Source: a virus (lineage: Duplodnaviria > Caudoviricetes). Taken from it: a DNA stretch of 64,000 nt. This document shows positions 60,132 to 64,000 of the stretch, in pieces (the first letter of the stretch is position 1; every line of letters begins with the position of its first letter). Under the pieces are notes generated by a model that saw only the letters and a list, made by a program, of their open reading frames with translations, did not search any database and was not told where the DNA came from. Where the stretch lies: the IMG/VR virus record IMGVR_UViG_3300022591_000002; one strand, given 5' to 3'. The translations under genes were made by a program, and so were the position numbers.

Positions 60132-60780
60132 TTTAGTAGAAGCTCTACCACGTGGTATGAGTGACTTCCAGATGAAGCAATTTGTTATCAATGCACAACT
60201 TACACCAGTTAAGCAACTGCAACAAGTTACAATGGAAGCAGAAGTGCGTGAAGAAAACTTACGCAAAGCAGAATACGAAGATAAAAAGAATCAGCTTAAG
60301 ATTGAAATCTTAAAGAAGAAGCGTGATCGCGAAGTTGATCCTTTATATCAGATGGAAATTGATTTAGAAATCCATCAACTAGAAGAAAAGATTTACTTAA
60401 ACGTAAAAGAAGTTAAACGTATCAAAAATGAATTAAATACTTTTTACGAAGTACTACAGTATTTTAATGACAATTATGATATTGGCGAGATGTTGGCTAT
60501 GAAAGACACTCTCGAAATTGATTACTGGGTCAAACGTCTAGGTCGTCAAGCAGGTTTAGATATTGTATCTACAGGTAGAATTTCTACAGGTAACTTGCAA
60601 GCGATGTTAGACTTACCAGAAGAGATTTTCCATGTAACCTTACAGGAAGCATTGAAGATTACAAACGAAATGGCCGCTTATATTCCTGTGCCACAGCTAG
60701 GTTCAGCTCAAGATCAAGAAACAATGATCAAGTTTAACGTAGATGGAACACAAGACAAGATTGAAAGAGCGCCACAATAA
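60094..60780 (+). CDS. Hypothetical helical/coiled-coil protein (228 aa)
   Basis: Full ORF with normal codon usage; overlaps the 3' end of the halogenase by 38 nt. Confidence 0.65.
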   Translation: MESTEKKVWQIADLVEALPRGMSDFQMKQFVINAQLTPVKQLQQVTMEAEVREENLRKAEYEDKKNQLKIEILKKKRDREVDPLYQMEIDLEIHQLEEKIYLNVKEVKRIKNELNTFYEVLQYFNDNYDIGEMLAMKDTLEIDYWVKRLGRQAGLDIVSTGRISTGNLQAMLDLPEEIFHVTLQEALKITNEMAAYIPVPQLGSAQDQETMIKFNVDGTQDKIERAPQ

Positions 60781-60805
60781 CGCTTTTTAGCAAGGTCTTA
60801 CTAAT

Positions 60806-61468
60806 ATGCTTTTAATGAAAATTGATTGGAACCAAGCACTTACGTTCCAACTACCGCCAAATACAAAATACACTACTCACGGATGGGTAGTTGTAGATCT
60901 TCCAATTGTAAATTTTAATGCTGATCAAATTGCAAAATACAAAATTGTGCAATTAACTGATCCGCAAGTGATTGCAGAAATGGAACATATCAACTATACT
61001 GTACTCGATGATGGTACTGTTGCGTATGTTACAACTGTTGCTGATCATACACCAAATGATATTGTTGACGGTCATCTACAACATTTCCCTACTCTAACAT
61101 CACACGAAGATATTGAGTTGTTCTTGAAAGGTTACAAGTATCTAAGCATATTAGAAATTCAAGCAGAGTACGATGTTAAGTTTGCTAACTTAAATGTAAC
61201 TACAAGTTCTTTAGAAGCAAGTACATTTAATCAACAGCTTGCAGAAGCACAAGCATTACAAGCCAACCCTAACTATCCAACTCCGTTGTTGTCTGCATTG
61301 TCAGCCGCAAGTGGAATTAGTACTGGTGATTTAGCTAGTCAAGCACTTGCTAAGAATGCGGCATTCCAAGCACAACAAGCAACATTGTTAGGCGAAATGC
61401 TAGCAGACAAAAAAGCAGTTAATGACTGCACAACTCCTTTACAGGTAAAACAACTTGGCTGGATCTGA
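60806..61468 (+). CDS. Probable tail-fibre assembly or chaperone-like protein (220 aa)
   Basis: C-terminal STFNQQLAEA...TPLLSALSAASG...LASQALAK resembles phage fibre-associated chaperones. Confidence 0.5.
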   Translation: MLLMKIDWNQALTFQLPPNTKYTTHGWVVVDLPIVNFNADQIAKYKIVQLTDPQVIAEMEHINYTVLDDGTVAYVTTVADHTPNDIVDGHLQHFPTLTSHEDIELFLKGYKYLSILEIQAEYDVKFANLNVTTSSLEASTFNQQLAEAQALQANPNYPTPLLSALSAASGISTGDLASQALAKNAAFQAQQATLLGEMLADKKAVNDCTTPLQVKQLGWI

Positions 61469-62045
61469 TCTCACCTTAAGTAACATCTTCCCCACTCCGG
61501 TGTGGACAATTAAGAACGAAATTTCTGAAGAAGATTTAAAAGAGTTAGAAAGATTTGCGTATGAGATGATTAAAGCTCAACCAAATCTAGATATATCAAG
61601 TAAACGTGGCGGTGGTGGCAGTAGTAAAGTTCTTACTATTGCACACCCTGTCTTAATGCCTATCATTGAAAAGTGTACTAGTGCATTAGTCAAAGACTAC
61701 GAATCTGTCACTAAACTAAAATTAAAAAACTATTGGGTCAACGTAAACCCACCAGGTGCATATATGATTCCGCACCTGCATCCACGTAGCGTATTTGCAT
61801 GTACACTATATGTTAAGACTCCGCCTCGCAGTGGAAAAATAACATTCATCAATCCAAATCTTGCCGCCCGTCAACACTTCTATAGTGCCAAGGATGTAGA
61901 TTATAATTATAAGAGTTATAGTTTTCAACCAGTACCTGGGCTATTCATTGCTTTCCCAAGCTGGTTAGATCACGGTGTAGAAGAAAATCTATCGGAAGAA
62001 GATAGAATCAGTATTAGTTTTAATCTAATAGCCGACGACATTTAA
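61455..62045 (+). CDS. 2OG-Fe(II) oxygenase-family protein
   Basis: IFPTPVW, WVNVNPPG...PHLHP, FPSWLDHGV and RISISFN; TTG start is uncertain. Confidence 0.85.
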   Translation: MAGSDLTLSNIFPTPVWTIKNEISEEDLKELERFAYEMIKAQPNLDISSKRGGGGSSKVLTIAHPVLMPIIEKCTSALVKDYESVTKLKLKNYWVNVNPPGAYMIPHLHPRSVFACTLYVKTPPRSGKITFINPNLAARQHFYSAKDVDYNYKSYSFQPVPGLFIAFPSWLDHGVEENLSEEDRISISFNLIADDI

Positions 62046-62467
62046 CTAATTAAATCAAATATAGTATCAATTTTTGCTTTATTTGTTTTACTACTCAACG
62101 TAGTTCTTAAACCAGAGTGTAATGGTTTAGGTAAACTGTCTTTAGATACCCAAGCATACCCAGAATGTTCGTGATTGAGTTTAGGAATAAACTCATCGCC
62201 GACTAACAACACGTAGGTGTGGTAGTAAAACTCACCGTCTTTGCTTTCATATTGTTCTAAGGGAATTGTTTTTTCTATATTAGGTAAGAATCCAATTTCT
62301 TCTTGGATCTCTCTACATAGTGCTTCATATGGGGTTTGATCAGTAGGCTCGTGTTTGCCACCTACGATTCCCCACGTGCCTGCGGTTTTACCTTCTGATC
62401 GATTTAGTAATAAAAATCGTTTTGTTGATTTACTTAAAAATATTCCGCCACTACAAATTATGTTCAT
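62042..62467 (-). CDS. Nudix hydrolase (141 aa)
   Basis: Nudix box GGKHEPTDQTPYEALCREIQEEIG; ATG 62467 is ATGA-coupled to the upstream gene. Confidence 0.88.
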   Translation of the reverse strand: MNIICSGGIFLSKSTKRFLLLNRSEGKTAGTWGIVGGKHEPTDQTPYEALCREIQEEIGFLPNIEKTIPLEQYESKDGEFYYHTYVLLVGDEFIPKLNHEHSGYAWVSKDSLPKPLHSGLRTTLSSKTNKAKIDTIFDLIS

Positions 62468-63957
62468 AACAATAAACGCCAATATCCAGGAGTGTACTCG
62501 CCCTCGTAACTAGATGTCCACTGTTGGCCATCCCATACGTATTGTGAACCAGTACGTATATTAGTTATGTAAGTAGGAGCAACGCCGGCTAAAGAGTCGA
62601 ATATGACTGACCATTTAGTTCCGTCCCATGTGATAATGTCGTTTGCGTTAGCTGAGAATATTGTGTTGTCTGCGTTTCTAAAATTAGTAACAGCGTATCC
62701 TGCGTCCGGATACATTGTTTGATATACTGGATTACCGTTAGCATCTAATTTTACAATCTGTTGAGGACTAGCCGGATCACCTGAATTGTAACCGGGATTA
62801 GCTACATACTGCACTTGTCTGTATGCAGGATTGATATCTTCTAATATCAAATAGCGAATGCCTACGTTATTTGAATCAGTTGTAAATTTAGTTGGATCTA
62901 TAATAGCATCAACATACGTTTTTCCGCTATTGGGCGGTACTTGACTGTTAGTTGGTAATGTTGATGAGTCTATACTTAAGATCATCTGTGTTTCGTCAAC
63001 TGGATTTAACGTCATTGTAGCAACAACTTCTATGTTTAGATCTTTTGTAAATCTAATTTGACTTAGGCCAGCAGTAAATGTTCCAGGATACGCATCAAGT
63101 ATCTTGTACCAACTGACGCCTGGTCCTAATGTTGCAGTATTATCCATAACAATAACATTATGATTTTTCAAGTTATGACCTGCAACAGCAGTAGGTGTAC
63201 GACCATTAAAGAATGCACCGTCATCATATTTGCTATCACTGAGTGTACCAGTTGGTTCTACAAAAATGTTAGCAATAATATCTGTAATAATGCCTAATTG
63301 TTTTACCTTAACAGGAGTACTGATCCAAATTGGTGCATTGAATGATAAGTTTGCAATATCAATATCTTGTTCAACTCCTTGTGGAATTGCTCGAGTGGAC
63401 CATGTTAGGTCTGACAATTCTAAATAACTTAAACTAGTCCAGTCAACAAAGTTGCTGGTCGTTTGTATTTCCATTGCAGGGCGAAATAAAACTAAAATCT
63501 GTTCAAGGATTTGTAATTTTTGATCTGTATTAGAACTCCAAATATCTGCTTGAAACTCTAAATCGTAAGGTGTTGGCATTAAGCGATTAATAGTATAATT
63601 ACCACCTTGTAAATTACCATAGTCTTGTATTGTTTGTCCGTAGGTTGGACTGCTAGGATCTTGGTCAACATAATGTGTTTCACGTTCTCTAACATTTAGA
63701 GTATTTTCGTAATAGGGATTTTGTAATCTATCACGAGCAATTTTTAAATTCTTAATGTAGCAACTGATAAAAGGTGCAGACGGCATTGTGTTTTCAGAGT
63801 TCTTAGTTAGTATCTGTGCTACTTGACGACTCATGTCACCGTATCGTACAGGAACCTGTGTTAGATTACCCTTTGCATCTTTGTATGCAAAGTTACTCAT
63901 AACTCTCATAAACTGAGTTAGGTATCTTCGTATCTGCCCGTCGTAAAAATGATCCAT
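62464..63957 (-). CDS. gp15: Tail terminator / sheath-stabiliser protein (gp15-like) with C-terminal extension
   Basis: FYDGQIRRYLTQF...VPVRYG...PTPYDLEF...QKLQILEQILVLFRP...DIANLSF..PIWIS.P. Confidence 0.7.
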   Translation of the reverse strand: MDHFYDGQIRRYLTQFMRVMSNFAYKDAKGNLTQVPVRYGDMSRQVAQILTKNSENTMPSAPFISCYIKNLKIARDRLQNPYYENTLNVRERETHYVDQDPSSPTYGQTIQDYGNLQGGNYTINRLMPTPYDLEFQADIWSSNTDQKLQILEQILVLFRPAMEIQTTSNFVDWTSLSYLELSDLTWSTRAIPQGVEQDIDIANLSFNAPIWISTPVKVKQLGIITDIIANIFVEPTGTLSDSKYDDGAFFNGRTPTAVAGHNLKNHNVIVMDNTATLGPGVSWYKILDAYPGTFTAGLSQIRFTKDLNIEVVATMTLNPVDETQMILSIDSSTLPTNSQVPPNSGKTYVDAIIDPTKFTTDSNNVGIRYLILEDINPAYRQVQYVANPGYNSGDPASPQQIVKLDANGNPVYQTMYPDAGYAVTNFRNADNTIFSANANDIITWDGTKWSVIFDSLAGVAPTYITNIRTGSQYVWDGQQWTSSYEGEYTPGYWRLLL

Positions 63958-64000
63958 TAATTATCTGCCTTTGGTTTTAGAGCGTTACTTAAACTTTGGC
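63957..64000 (-). CDS. 3' end of an upstream gene (possibly neck protein), ...QSLSNALKPKADN*
   Basis: Stop TAA overlaps the gp15-like ATG (TAATG). Only 13 codons are visible, so identity is inferred from gene order. Confidence 0.4.
   Translation of the reverse strand, partial: QSLSNALKPKADN

Noticed and set aside
7558-62482. Longer ORF-track starts at 7620, 11650, 20902, 58731 and 62482
   Set aside because: Downstream ATGs (7557, 11839, 20923, 58764, 62467) fit the SD, late promoter, coupling or N-terminal motif better and avoid large overlaps.
1117-63427. Many short antisense or alternate-frame ORFs in the track (e.g. 2840-3283, 35415-35864, 49115-49588, 51032-51475)
   Set aside because: They lie inside long genes with clear motifs, lack SD sites or promoters, and are expected shadows of biased, stop-poor T/G/V-rich coding DNA.
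1-64000. Alternative genetic code (stop-codon recoding), common in some large phages
   Set aside because: Genes over 13 kb are open in code 11, coding density is near complete, and TAA, TGA and one TAG (17947) all end genes at sensible positions.

Overview
This 64-kb window is part of a large dsDNA tailed phage genome with distant T4-superfamily (myovirus-like) architecture. No bacterial housekeeping genes, tRNAs, CRISPR arrays or IS elements were seen. From left to right it holds: (1) a sigma70-driven block with a gp55-like late sigma factor, gp47/gp46 (Mre11/Rad50-like), a histone-H1/Hc1-like protein and a small GIY-YIG protein, followed by about 435 nt of non-coding, highly structured sequence; (2) baseplate hub and tape-measure-like genes, then the head module (portal, core proteins, prohead protease, scaffold, major capsid protein); (3) a GH19 endolysin on the minus strand; (4) about 40 kb of tail, fibre and adhesin genes, including giant ORFs of 4251, 2181 and 4514 aa; (5) a flavin-dependent halogenase and a 2OG-Fe(II) oxygenase at the end of that late block; and (6) a convergent Nudix hydrolase and gp15-like tail terminator. 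A TAAATA late-promoter motif precedes most structural transcription units. The three main leads are: 21 tandem ~160-aa repeats in the 4251-aa virion protein that carry a phycobiliprotein-like K-C-x-R-D...GG chromophore-site motif; the GIY-YIG gene plus its downstream candidate pseudoknotted ncRNA; and apparent window-wide avoidance of GCWGC. All assignments come from motif recognition by eye; no database searches were run.
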